Assembly (NCBI RefSeq): GCF_001677475.2
Contig: NZ_CP015229.1
Origin: Escherichia coli
GTDB lineage: Bacteria; Pseudomonadota; Gammaproteobacteria; Enterobacterales; Enterobacteriaceae
DNA: 64,000 nt
Strand: one strand, 5' to 3'
Of this stretch, positions 22,945 through 32,244 are shown piece after piece. The position numbers and the translations under genes were made by a program. Each line of letters opens with the position of its first letter. Within the stretch, counting starts at the first letter, position 1. Below the pieces are notes generated by a model. The model was not told the DNA's origin. It ran no database searches and worked only from the letters and a program-made list of their open reading frames with translations.

Positions 22945-24123
22945 ATGTTTACTAAACGTCACCGCATCACATTACTGTTCAATGCCAATAAAGCCTATGA
23001 CCGGCAGGTAGTAGAAGGCGTAGGAGAATATTTACAGGCGTCACAATCGGAATGGGATATTTTCATTGAAGAAGATTTCCGCGCCCGCATTGATAAAATC
23101 AAGGACTGGTTAGGAGATGGCGTCATTGCCGACTTCGACGACAAACAAATCGAGCAAGCGCTGGCTGATGTCGACGTCCCCATTGTTGGGGTTGGCGGCT
23201 CGTATCACCTTGCAGAAAGTTACCCACCCGTTCATTACATTGCCACCGATAACTATGCGCTGGTTGAAAGCGCATTTTTGCATTTAAAAGAGAAAGGTGT
23301 TAACCGCTTTGCATTTTATGGTCTTCCAGAATCAAGCGGCAAACGTTGGGCCACTGAACGCGAATATGCATTTCGCCAGCTTGTCGCCGAAGAAAAGTAT
23401 CGCGGAGTGGTTTATCAGGGGTTAGAAACCGCGCCAGAAAACTGGCAACACGCGCAAAATCGGCTGGCAGACTGGCTACAAACGCTGCCACCGCAAACCG
23501 GGATTATTGCCGTTACTGACGCCCGGGCGCGGCATATTCTGCAAGTATGTGAACATCTACATATTCCCGTACCGGAAAAATTATGTGTGATTGGCATCGA
23601 TAACGAAGAACTGACCCGCTATCTGTCGCGTGTCGCCCTTTCTTCGGTCGCTCAGGGCGCGCGGCAAATGGGCTATCAGGCGGCAAAACTGTTGCATCGA
23701 TTATTAGATAAAGAAGAAATGCCGCTACAGCGGATTTTGGTCCCACCAGTTCGCGTCATTGAACGGCGCTCAACAGATTATCGCTCGCTGACCGATCCCG
23801 CCGTTATTCAGGCCATGCATTACATTCGCAATCACGCCTGTAAAGGGATTAAAGTGGATCAGGTACTCGATGCGGTCGGGATCTCGCGCTCCAATCTTGA
23901 GAAGCGTTTTAAAGAAGAGGTGGGTGAAACCATCCATGCCATGATTCATGCCGAGAAGCTGGAGAAAGCGCGCAGTCTGCTGATTTCAACCACCTTGTCG
24001 ATCAATGAGATATCGCAAATGTGCGGTTATCCATCGCTGCAATATTTCTACTCTGTTTTTAAAAAAGCATATGACACGACGCCAAAAGAGTATCGCGATG
24101 TAAATAGCGAGGTCATGTTGTAG
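22945..24123 (+). CDS. xylR: Xylose operon activator (AraC/XylS family with sugar-binding N-domain)
   Basis: 392 aa; C-terminal AraC-type HTH (...EISQMCGYPSLQYFYSVFKKAYDTTPKEYR). Confidence 0.95.
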   Translation: MFTKRHRITLLFNANKAYDRQVVEGVGEYLQASQSEWDIFIEEDFRARIDKIKDWLGDGVIADFDDKQIEQALADVDVPIVGVGGSYHLAESYPPVHYIATDNYALVESAFLHLKEKGVNRFAFYGLPESSGKRWATEREYAFRQLVAEEKYRGVVYQGLETAPENWQHAQNRLADWLQTLPPQTGIIAVTDARARHILQVCEHLHIPVPEKLCVIGIDNEELTRYLSRVALSSVAQGARQMGYQAAKLLHRLLDKEEMPLQRILVPPVRVIERRSTDYRSLTDPAVIQAMHYIRNHACKGIKVDQVLDAVGISRSNLEKRFKEEVGETIHAMIHAEKLEKARSLLISTTLSINEISQMCGYPSLQYFYSVFKKAYDTTPKEYRDVNSEVML

Positions 24124-24167
24124 CGATGATGAGAATTGTCGGCGTCACATCAGGTAACGCTGCATGG

Positions 24168-24203
<36 letters not shown>

Positions 24204-24267
24204 CCGCCAGGCATGATAAAACGCACCAACAACGCTTCAGGCTCGTAGCTCAACTGCCTGAGACAAA

Positions 24268-24305
24268 GTAAAAAGCCTTATCCGACTGACAAGTCGGATA
24301 AGGCT
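24268..24305 (-). terminator. Rho-independent terminator of bax
   Basis: Perfect 13-bp inverted repeat GCCTTATCCGACT / AGTCGGATAAGGC at 24275..24305, followed on the minus strand by CTTTTTAC. Confidence 0.7.
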
Positions 24306-24318
24306 CAAGGAAATGCAA

Positions 24319-25143
24319 TTACATATGCGCCGCGATTAACCGTTGGTTATCCTGGTACATTGCGAACAGGTAGTTGTTATAACTCTTCCCTTTGGTCGAG
24401 TAGCCCTTCAGCTTGTGAATCATCGCTGTAGCAGTCACTTCCTGATCCGCTTTACGCAGCTGTGCACGCGATTTACGGAACGAAGAGTAAGCCGGGTGCG
24501 TATTCAGGTTAGTGACATAGGCGCTCACCGATTCTTTGACAGAACTAAACTGTGAGTACCCTTTCACTTTACCCGGCGCATTAGTACAACGTCCTTTCAT
24601 GCATTTCATGCCGAACAGGTTGTTGTTGTTGCGCGCCAGCTTCGACGTTCCCCAACCGCTTTCTGCTGCAGCCATCGTCGCCACCATACTAGTGGGGATA
24701 ATGTCTACGCGTTCAAGCAAGGTATTCCACGGGATTTTTCGCGTATTACCAGACCACTTCACCTTGTAGCGTTTGGCGATGTCTTTCAGACGCGCACGCT
24801 CAGCAGGTGACCATTGGCCCTGATACTGTTTTGAAATGAGCCAGTTACGTTCCGCAGTAATGGCCGCATTTTGGCTGGTAATGTAAGGCATTACGGTCCG
24901 GAGAAACGCTTTTTTCCTTGGTGTTCCGGAAGGGTATTTTCGCAAATCAGGAAGTGAACTACTCTTTGCACTATTGCGAGAATACTCTTGTTTACTGCTT
25001 ACCTGTTTATTACTAGCTTTAGTTAAGTGGGACTTTTGACTCGCTGTTGTTGTGTGCGTCTTCGCTAACACCTCACTCGAAAACACCAGAGTGAGTAACA
25101 TAAGAATCATCGCCCCATATCGTCGTATGGGAGTCAAAATCAT
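24319..25143 (-). CDS. bax: Bax protein (putative peptidoglycan glucosaminidase-like)
   Basis: 274 aa recognised as Bax; N-terminal signal sequence (MILMLLTLVFSSEVLA); position between xylR and malS as in K-12. Confidence 0.85.
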   Translation of the reverse strand: MILTPIRRYGAMILMLLTLVFSSEVLAKTHTTTASQKSHLTKASNKQVSSKQEYSRNSAKSSSLPDLRKYPSGTPRKKAFLRTVMPYITSQNAAITAERNWLISKQYQGQWSPAERARLKDIAKRYKVKWSGNTRKIPWNTLLERVDIIPTSMVATMAAAESGWGTSKLARNNNNLFGMKCMKGRCTNAPGKVKGYSQFSSVKESVSAYVTNLNTHPAYSSFRKSRAQLRKADQEVTATAMIHKLKGYSTKGKSYNNYLFAMYQDNQRLIAAHM

Positions 25144-25462
25144 CAGGTCTCCTGGTCGGATTTAATCATTCCAACACCTTATATTTTTCACAAATTTGAG
25201 AGTTGAATCTCAAATCATATCAAAAATAGCTGTCAAGAGCACCCCAAGGAATAGTCCAAATCTGAAACTATGTCACGAGTTAACGATTCAGATTGGCGCT
25301 AAATCGCAGAAAATGTGGGGTTTATCGCAAAATTCAGCCGTTTTTTGCGCGCGATCGCTCCCCCTTGCTTCTCATCCTGTGGACTTACCGTTCAGGGATG
25401 AGTTTTGTCTGGCTTATCGCTGGCAAACTGTCTGAAATCGCAGCAATAAGGACTCATCCGCC

Positions 25463-27493
25463 ATGAAACTCGCCGCCTGTTTTCTGACACTCCTTCCTGG
25501 CTTTGCCGTTGCCGCCAGCTGGACTTCTCCGGGGTTCCCTGCCTTTAGCGAACAGGGAACGGGAACATTTGTCAGCCACGCGCAGTTGCCCAAAGGTACG
25601 CGTCCACTAACGCTAAATTTTGACCAACAGTGCTGGCAGCCTGCGGATGCGATAAAACTCAATCAGATGCTTTCCCTGCAACCTTGTAGCAACACGCCGC
25701 CTCAATGGCGATTGTTCAGGGACGGCGAATATACGCTGCAAATAGACACCCGCTCCGGTACGCCAACATTGATGATTTCCATCCAGAACGCCGCCGAACC
25801 GGTAGCAAGCCTGGTCCGTGAATGCCCGAAATGGGATGGATTACCGCTCACGCTGGATGTCAGCGCCACTTTTCCGGAGGGAGCCGCAATCCGGGATTAT
25901 TACAGCCAGCAAATTGCGATAGTGAAGAACGGTCAAATAACGTTACAACCCGCTGCCACCAGCAACGGTTTACTCCTGCTGGAACGGGCCGAAACTGACG
26001 CCCCTGCCCCTTTCGACTGGCATAACGCCACGGTTTACTTTGTGCTGACAGATCGTTTCGAAAACGGCGATCCCAGTAATGACCAGAGTTACGGACGTCA
26101 TAAAGACGGTATGGCAGAAATTGGCACTTTTCACGGCGGCGATTTACGCGGCCTGACCAACAAACTGGATTATCTCCAGCAGCTGGGCATCAATGCTTTA
26201 TGGATAAGCTCCCCATTTGAGCAAATTCACGGCTGGGTCGGCGGCGGTACAAAAGGTGATTTCCCGCATTATGCCTATCATGGTTATTACACACAGGACT
26301 GGACGAATCTTGATGCCAATATGGGCAACGAAGCCGATCTACGGACGCTGGTTGATAGCGCACATCAGCGCGGTATTCGTATTCTCTTTGATGTCGTGAT
26401 GAACCACACCGGCTATGCCACGCTGGCGGATATGCAGGAGTATCAGTTTGGCGCGTTATATCTTTCTGGTGACGAAGTGAAAAAAACGCTGGGTGAACGC
26501 TGGAGCGACTGGAAACCTGCCGCCGGGCAAACCTGGCATAGCTTTAACGATTACATTAATTTCAGCGACAAAACAGGCTGGGATAAATGGTGGGGAAAAA
26601 ACTGGATCAGAACCGATATCGGCGATTACGACAATCCTGGATTTGACGATCTCACTATGTCGCTGGCCTTTTTGCCGGATATCAAAACCGAATCAACGAC
26701 CGCTTCTGGTCTGCCGGTGTTCTATAAAAACAAAACGGATACCCACGCTAAAGTCATCGACGGCTTTACCCCTCGCGATTACTTAACCCACTGGTTAAGT
26801 CAGTGGGTCCGCGACTATGGGATTGATGGTTTTCGGGTCGATACCGCCAAACATGTTGAGTTGCCCGCCTGGCAGCAACTGAAAACCGAAGCCAGCGCCG
26901 CGCTTCGCGAATGGAAAAAAGCTAACTCCGACAAAGCATTAGATGACAAACCTTTCTGGATGACCGGTGAAGCCTGGGGCCACGGCGTGATGCAAAGTGA
27001 CTACTATCGCCACGGCTTCGATGCGATGATCAATTTCGATTATCAGGAGCAGGCGGCGAAAGCAGTCGATTGTTTTGCACAGATGGATACTACCTGGCAG
27101 CAAATGGCGGAGAAATTGCAGGGTTTCAACGTGTTGAGCTACCTATCGTCGCATGATACCCGCCTGTTCCGTGACGGGGGCGACAAAGCAGCAGAGTTAT
27201 TATTATTAGCGCCAGGCGCGGTACAAATCTTTTACGGTGATGAATCCTCGCGTCCGTTCGGTCCTACCGGTTCTGATCCGCTGCAAGGCACACGTTCAGA
27301 TATGAACTGGCAGGATGTTAGCGGTAAATCTGCCGCCAGCGTCGCACACTGGCAGAAAATCAGCCAGTTCCGCGCCCGTCATCCCGCAATTGGCGCGGGC
27401 AAACAAACGACACTTTCGCTGAAGCAGGGCTACGGCTTTGTTCGTGAGCATGGCGACGATAAAGTGCTGGTCGTCTGGGCAGGGCAACAGTAA
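25463..27493 (+). CDS. malS: Periplasmic alpha-amylase
   Basis: 676 aa; signal peptide MKLAACFLTLLPGFAVAA; GH13 motifs (DVVMNH, GFRVDTAKH). Confidence 0.95.
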   Translation: MKLAACFLTLLPGFAVAASWTSPGFPAFSEQGTGTFVSHAQLPKGTRPLTLNFDQQCWQPADAIKLNQMLSLQPCSNTPPQWRLFRDGEYTLQIDTRSGTPTLMISIQNAAEPVASLVRECPKWDGLPLTLDVSATFPEGAAIRDYYSQQIAIVKNGQITLQPAATSNGLLLLERAETDAPAPFDWHNATVYFVLTDRFENGDPSNDQSYGRHKDGMAEIGTFHGGDLRGLTNKLDYLQQLGINALWISSPFEQIHGWVGGGTKGDFPHYAYHGYYTQDWTNLDANMGNEADLRTLVDSAHQRGIRILFDVVMNHTGYATLADMQEYQFGALYLSGDEVKKTLGERWSDWKPAAGQTWHSFNDYINFSDKTGWDKWWGKNWIRTDIGDYDNPGFDDLTMSLAFLPDIKTESTTASGLPVFYKNKTDTHAKVIDGFTPRDYLTHWLSQWVRDYGIDGFRVDTAKHVELPAWQQLKTEASAALREWKKANSDKALDDKPFWMTGEAWGHGVMQSDYYRHGFDAMINFDYQEQAAKAVDCFAQMDTTWQQMAEKLQGFNVLSYLSSHDTRLFRDGGDKAAELLLLAPGAVQIFYGDESSRPFGPTGSDPLQGTRSDMNWQDVSGKSAASVAHWQKISQFRARHPAIGAGKQTTLSLKQGYGFVREHGDDKVLVVWAGQQ

Positions 27494-27670
27494 CTTTTCC
27501 GGCTTCCCGTTCGTCAGTACCTCGGGAAGCCGCCAACCAGGATAAAATGTCAGCCCTAATCAGCGTTGCAGGATAAAGTACCGCTCACCCTTCAACAGAC
27601 CGATTTGCACCCCAGCAAATGTAGCGTTATTGTTACCTTCCTTGCTACAGAGTTCGACAGATATCCCGCT

Positions 27671-28924
27671 ATGACATTCTCCCTTTTTGGTGACAAATTT
27701 ACCCGCCACTCCGGCATTACGCTGCTGATGGAAGATCTGAACGACGGTTTACGCACGCCCGGCGCGATTATGCTCGGCGGCGGTAATCCGGCGCAGATCC
27801 CGGAAATGCAGGACTACTTCCAGACGCTACTGACCGACATGCTGGAAAGTGGCAAAGCGACTGATGCACTGTGTAACTACGACGGTCCACAGGGGAAAAC
27901 GGAGCTACTCACACTGCTTGCCGGAATGCTGCGCGAGAAGTTGGGTTGGGATATCGAACCACAGAATATTGCACTAACAAACGGCAGCCAGAGCGCGTTT
28001 TTCTACTTATTTAATCTGTTTGCCGGACGCCGTGCCGATGGTCGGGTCAAAAAAGTGCTGTTTCCGCTGGCACCGGAATACATTGGCTACGCTGACGCCG
28101 GACTGGAAGAAGATCTGTTTGTCTCTGCGCGTCCGAATATTGAACTGCTGCCGGAAGGCCAGTTTAAATACCACGTCGATTTTGAGCATCTGCATATTGG
28201 CGAAGAAACCGGGATGATTTGCGTCTCCCGGCCGACGAATCCAACAGGCAATGTGATTACTGACGAAGAGTTGCTGAAGCTTGACGCGCTGGCGAATCAA
28301 CACGGCATTCCGCTGGTGATTGATAACGCTTATGGCGTCCCGTTCCCGGGTATCATCTTCAGCGAAGCGCGCCCGCTGTGGAATCCGAATATCGTGCTGT
28401 GCATGAGTCTTTCCAAGCTGGGTCTACCTGGCTCCCGCTGCGGCATTATCATCGCCAATGAAAAAATCATCACCGCCATCACCAATATGAACGGCATTAT
28501 CAGCCTGGCACCTGGCGGTATTGGTCCGGCGATGATGTGTGAAATGATTAAGCGTAACGATCTGCTGCGCCTGTCTGAAACAGTCATCAAACCGTTTTAC
28601 TACCAGCGTGTTCAGGAAACTATCGCCATCATTCGCCGCTATTTACCGGAAGATCGCTGCCTGATTCATAAACCGGAAGGAGCCATTTTCCTCTGGCTAT
28701 GGTTTAAGGATTTGCCCATTACGACCGAGCAGCTCTACCAGCGCCTGAAAGCTCGGGGCGTGCTGATGGTGCCGGGGCACAACTTCTTCCCAGGGCTGGA
28801 TAAACCGTGGCCACATACACATCAATGTATGCGCATGAACTACGTGCCGGAGCCGGATAAAATTGAGGCGGGTGTGAAGATTCTGGCAGAAGAGATAGAA
28901 AGAGCCTGGGCTGAAAGTCACTAA
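27671..28924 (+). CDS. avtA: Valine--pyruvate aminotransferase
   Basis: Start at internal ATG 27671 (MTFSLFGDKFTRHSGITLLMEDL...), 417 aa, recognised as AvtA; candidate PLP-binding lysine in SLSKLG. Confidence 0.93.
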   Translation: MTFSLFGDKFTRHSGITLLMEDLNDGLRTPGAIMLGGGNPAQIPEMQDYFQTLLTDMLESGKATDALCNYDGPQGKTELLTLLAGMLREKLGWDIEPQNIALTNGSQSAFFYLFNLFAGRRADGRVKKVLFPLAPEYIGYADAGLEEDLFVSARPNIELLPEGQFKYHVDFEHLHIGEETGMICVSRPTNPTGNVITDEELLKLDALANQHGIPLVIDNAYGVPFPGIIFSEARPLWNPNIVLCMSLSKLGLPGSRCGIIIANEKIITAITNMNGIISLAPGGIGPAMMCEMIKRNDLLRLSETVIKPFYYQRVQETIAIIRRYLPEDRCLIHKPEGAIFLWLWFKDLPITTEQLYQRLKARGVLMVPGHNFFPGLDKPWPHTHQCMRMNYVPEPDKIEAGVKILAEEIERAWAESH

Positions 28925-28929
28925 AAATT

Positions 28930-29028
28930 GCCTGATGCGCTACGCTTATCAGGCCTACATGATTTCTGCAATATATTGAATTTGGTAGAATTTGTAGGCC
29001 GGATAAGGCGTTTTAGCCGCATCCGGCA
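28930..29028. repeat. BIME: pair of inverted REP elements
   Basis: GCCTGATGCGCTACGCTTATCAGGCCTAC (28930..28958) and GTAGGCCGGATAAGGCGTTTTAGCCGCATCCGGCA (28994..29028). Confidence 0.85.
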
Positions 29029-29075
29029 TAAACAAAGCGCACTATCCCTGCGTTGAGAAACGCCGGAAAAACGTT

Positions 29076-29549
29076 TCAAACAGGCTGCTGCCGTAGCCGA
29101 TGCCGCTGCACTTTCTCGACATCCATGCACTGCAATGCCTTTGTCGGGCAGGCTTCAACACAGGCCGGTCCCGTCTCCCGATGCCAGCACAGATCGCACT
29201 TAATCGCCCTCGCCTTTTTGCGCGAAGAAACGACCTCCATCGCACCAAACGGGCAAGCCAGCATACAGCTTTTACAGCCAATGCAACGTGTTTGTTCAAC
29301 GAAAATATGCCCATGTTCGCGGCTTATCGCGCCAACAGGGCAGACATTCGCGCACGGTGCATCTTCACACTGATGACAGGCTACCGCCGTGGTCCAGCAG
29401 TGGTCTTTAATGACACGAATACGGGAAATAAACTCGTCTGGTGACAACGCAGCGCAATCCTGATTCTCCTGATGCGACACTGCGCAAGCCACTTCACAGG
29501 TACGGCAACCGATACATTTCGTCGCATCCGCAATAATAAACCGGTTCAT
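29076..29549 (-). CDS. ysaA: 4Fe-4S ferredoxin-type protein YsaA (HycB-like electron-transfer subunit)
   Basis: Start at ATG 29549 (MNRFIIADATKCIGCRTCEVAC...), 157 aa; four Cys clusters of CxxCxxCxxxC type. Confidence 0.88.
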   Translation of the reverse strand: MNRFIIADATKCIGCRTCEVACAVSHQENQDCAALSPDEFISRIRVIKDHCWTTAVACHQCEDAPCANVCPVGAISREHGHIFVEQTRCIGCKSCMLACPFGAMEVVSSRKKARAIKCDLCWHRETGPACVEACPTKALQCMDVEKVQRHRLRQQPV

Positions 29550-29792
29550 GATCACTCCTTTGCACTAAAACAGCAGAGTGCCAGAGAGCGCGTCTCTACT
29601 GCTTTGATCCAACGAAGGAAATGTTAAAGTTTTGGCACTTGTCCAAAGCGTTATTTGATCGCGCCCTGGTCGTCCCTGACAGTAAATCCCAGTTCATTAG
29701 AAATAGCCTGCGCGGTTTCACGCAGTGGTTTCAGGAGATTTTTCTCCCCCACCTGTTTCAGACGTGATGTCGAAAGAGAAATCGACACGGCA

Positions 29793-30608
29793 CTACGAAT
29801 TGATATGTTCCTTGCTGTAACGCCGCTTCCACGCTGCTGGCGTTAAACCGGTGTGTTTGCGAAAAATCTGCCGGAAATAGCCAACGTCATTAAACCCGCA
29901 CAACGCCGCCACTTCCGTGAGCGATCGCGCTTCGCTAATTAACAGCTTTTCGGCTTCGCGCACCCGCTGGCGATGGATTGCTTCTGTTAACGTCAGATGA
30001 AACACCCGCCGGTAGACGCGCCCAAGATAATCGGCATTGCAGTACAGCTCGCGGGCCAGAAGCGCCGTAGAAAGCGGGCGATGATATTGCGTGCGGATCA
30101 GTTTCTGCGCTTTCCAGGCAAGGGTGGTGCCTGCGCCATCGGCCTGTTCATCAAGACGCGCGTCACGGGTGAGCTGCTGCAAAATGAGCAGCACAATAAA
30201 CTCCAGCGCCGGAGTGCGTTGATGCTTTTCCTGTTCGCTTAAGAACTGGCGAAACAGGGCCACCAGCGCCTGCGGATCGACAACCTTCGTTTGTTGCGGC
30301 ACGCTAAGATGAGTAAGCCAGCGAGGGTCGTTGTCCGGCGCTTTAACCTCAAAATGCAGCCAGTAAAATTTGAGATCGGCGGGAAAATCCTCCACCCCAA
30401 CATGTTGTCGGTTCGGCCAGAGTAATAAACTCTCTCCCGCATCGACCAGAAATATCCGTTCTTCTTCCTGAATCGTTAATCGACCTTTTTCGACAAAGAT
30501 AATTTCCCATGACTCCAGCCGCCTTGCAGGATGCCTCCCTACGCCACGGGAAATAAATAATCCACCATTTTGCACTTTAATCGGTAACGTCATGGATAAT
30601 TCGAGCAT
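29793..30608 (-). CDS. AraC/XylS-family transcriptional regulator (cupin-like N-domain plus C-terminal HTH)
   Basis: 271 aa; N-terminal effector-binding region; C-terminal AraC HTH (...LTEVAALCGFNDVGYFRQIFRKHTGLTPAAWKRR). Divergent from the downstream transporter gene. Start could be ATG 30608 or 30593. Confidence 0.8.
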   Translation of the reverse strand: MLELSMTLPIKVQNGGLFISRGVGRHPARRLESWEIIFVEKGRLTIQEEERIFLVDAGESLLLWPNRQHVGVEDFPADLKFYWLHFEVKAPDNDPRWLTHLSVPQQTKVVDPQALVALFRQFLSEQEKHQRTPALEFIVLLILQQLTRDARLDEQADGAGTTLAWKAQKLIRTQYHRPLSTALLARELYCNADYLGRVYRRVFHLTLTEAIHRQRVREAEKLLISEARSLTEVAALCGFNDVGYFRQIFRKHTGLTPAAWKRRYSKEHINS

Positions 30609-30833
30609 TGATATGTAATTTCCCGCTTATTCATTAATGATTAAACACATTACCTTTTGATTATTAATCAAAAATATTAATTTCACCTGATCCATTTCAC
30701 ACTTTTAAATTCAGGTCGGAATCGTCACCTTTTTTTACTCTTTTCTCGCCTTGTTGATATTCCCGTTCACGGCAGAATTAATCAGGTCATTTCAATAAAA
30801 CTAAAAATTGCTCCCTATTCACGAGGAATATCT

Positions 30834-32234
30834 ATGACCTCTACACCGATTACTACCGCTGATATCGCTAAAGGTAAAATTGACGATGCGTTATCTGTAC
30901 GGGAAAAAATAGGCTACGGCCTGGGTGACGCAGGCGGCACCGTAATAACTTGCCTGATCATGAATTTTCTCACCTTTTTCTACACCGACGTTTTTGGATT
31001 AACTCCGGCGCTGGTTGGCACGCTGTTTATTGCACTGCGCGTGTTTGATGCCATCTCCGACCCGGTGATGGGCGTCATTGCCGACCGGACGCAAAGTCGC
31101 TGGGGGCGCTTTCGCCCGTGGCAGCTATGGATTGCCATTCCCATCGGCATTATCGGCATCCTGACGTTCACCGTGCCAGATGCCAGCATGGGAGTAAAAA
31201 TCGCCTGGGCGTTCGGTACTTACCTGCTCCTTTCAGTCGGTTATACCGCCATCAACGTACCGTACTGCGCGCTGATCAACACCATGACCACCCGCCACAA
31301 TGAAGTGATCTCCTGCCAGTCCTGGCGATTCGTTCTCTGTGGCGTAGCGGGATTTCTGGTTTCGGTAGGCTTACCGTGGATGGTAGATCTCTTCGGTCAG
31401 GGTAATGCCGCGCGCGGCTATCAATTGGGCGTCGGCGTGCTGTGCGCCATTGCCGTGGTGATGTTCCTGTGCTGTTTTTTCTGGGTTCGTGAACGGGTGC
31501 CACTCTCCACAATGGGGAAATTTACCCTGCGCGAACATCTTGCCGGGCTGCGGAACAACGACCAACTGCTGCTGATGCTGGTCATGTCTTTCCTGCTGAT
31601 TAACGTCTTTAACATTCGCGGCGGTGGGTATATGTACTTCATTACCTACGTCTTACAAGGCAGTACGGGCTACACGTCGCTGTTCTTCACCATGGTCACC
31701 TTCGCCTCCATTATCGGCTCGGTGATTGTCAGCCCGTTAACGCGGCGTTTCGATACCGTCAAAATTTACTACTACACCAACCTGCTCCTCGCTGCGCTGG
31801 CGGTGTTGATGTGGTTCCTGCCCTCCGGCCCGGCTTATCAAACGCTGTGGCTGGCGGTGATCCTCGGTAATGGCGTAATTCTTGGCTTCACATTGCCACT
31901 GCACTTCTCATTGATGGCCTTTGCCGATGACTACGGCGAGTGGAAAACCCGCGTACGTTCTTCCGGCATGAACTTCGCCTTCAATCTGTTTTTCATCAAG
32001 CTGGCCTGGGCCTCCAGCGCCGGGATCATCAGCCTGCTGTTTATTTTTGTCGCCTACCAGCCTGGCGTGGAAAACCAGACCGCCAGTTCGCTTGGCGGGA
32101 TCGCGGCGATGGAAACATTACTGCCTGCGCTATTCCACCTGCTGCTGGCAGGGGCGATCCGCTTTTGCAAACTCAATAATCCTATGATGTCACGCATAGC
32201 TACCGACCTGCGTCAGCGTCATGTACAGCCTTAA
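30834..32234 (+). CDS. GPH-family (glycoside-pentoside-hexuronide) cation symporter, MelB/YicJ-like
   Basis: 466 aa, about 12 transmembrane helices; GPH hallmark [25 protein letters not shown]; GAGGA Shine-Dalgarno 8 nt upstream of the ATG. Confidence 0.85.
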   Translation: MTSTPITTADIAKGKIDDALSVREKIGYGLGDAGGTVITCLIMNFLTFFYTDVFGLTPALVGTLFIALRVFDAISDPVMGVIADRTQSRWGRFRPWQLWIAIPIGIIGILTFTVPDASMGVKIAWAFGTYLLLSVGYTAINVPYCALINTMTTRHNEVISCQSWRFVLCGVAGFLVSVGLPWMVDLFGQGNAARGYQLGVGVLCAIAVVMFLCCFFWVRERVPLSTMGKFTLREHLAGLRNNDQLLLMLVMSFLLINVFNIRGGGYMYFITYVLQGSTGYTSLFFTMVTFASIIGSVIVSPLTRRFDTVKIYYYTNLLLAALAVLMWFLPSGPAYQTLWLAVILGNGVILGFTLPLHFSLMAFADDYGEWKTRVRSSGMNFAFNLFFIKLAWASSAGIISLLFIFVAYQPGVENQTASSLGGIAAMETLLPALFHLLLAGAIRFCKLNNPMMSRIATDLRQRHVQP

Positions 32235-32244
32235 GGAGCACAAG

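Noticed and set aside
27487-27527. Hairpin CGGCTTCCCG...CGGGAAGCCG just after the malS stop, as a candidate terminator
   Set aside because: A good 10-bp stem, but no U-tract follows on either strand; it may be an mRNA stability element, so it is not listed as a terminator.
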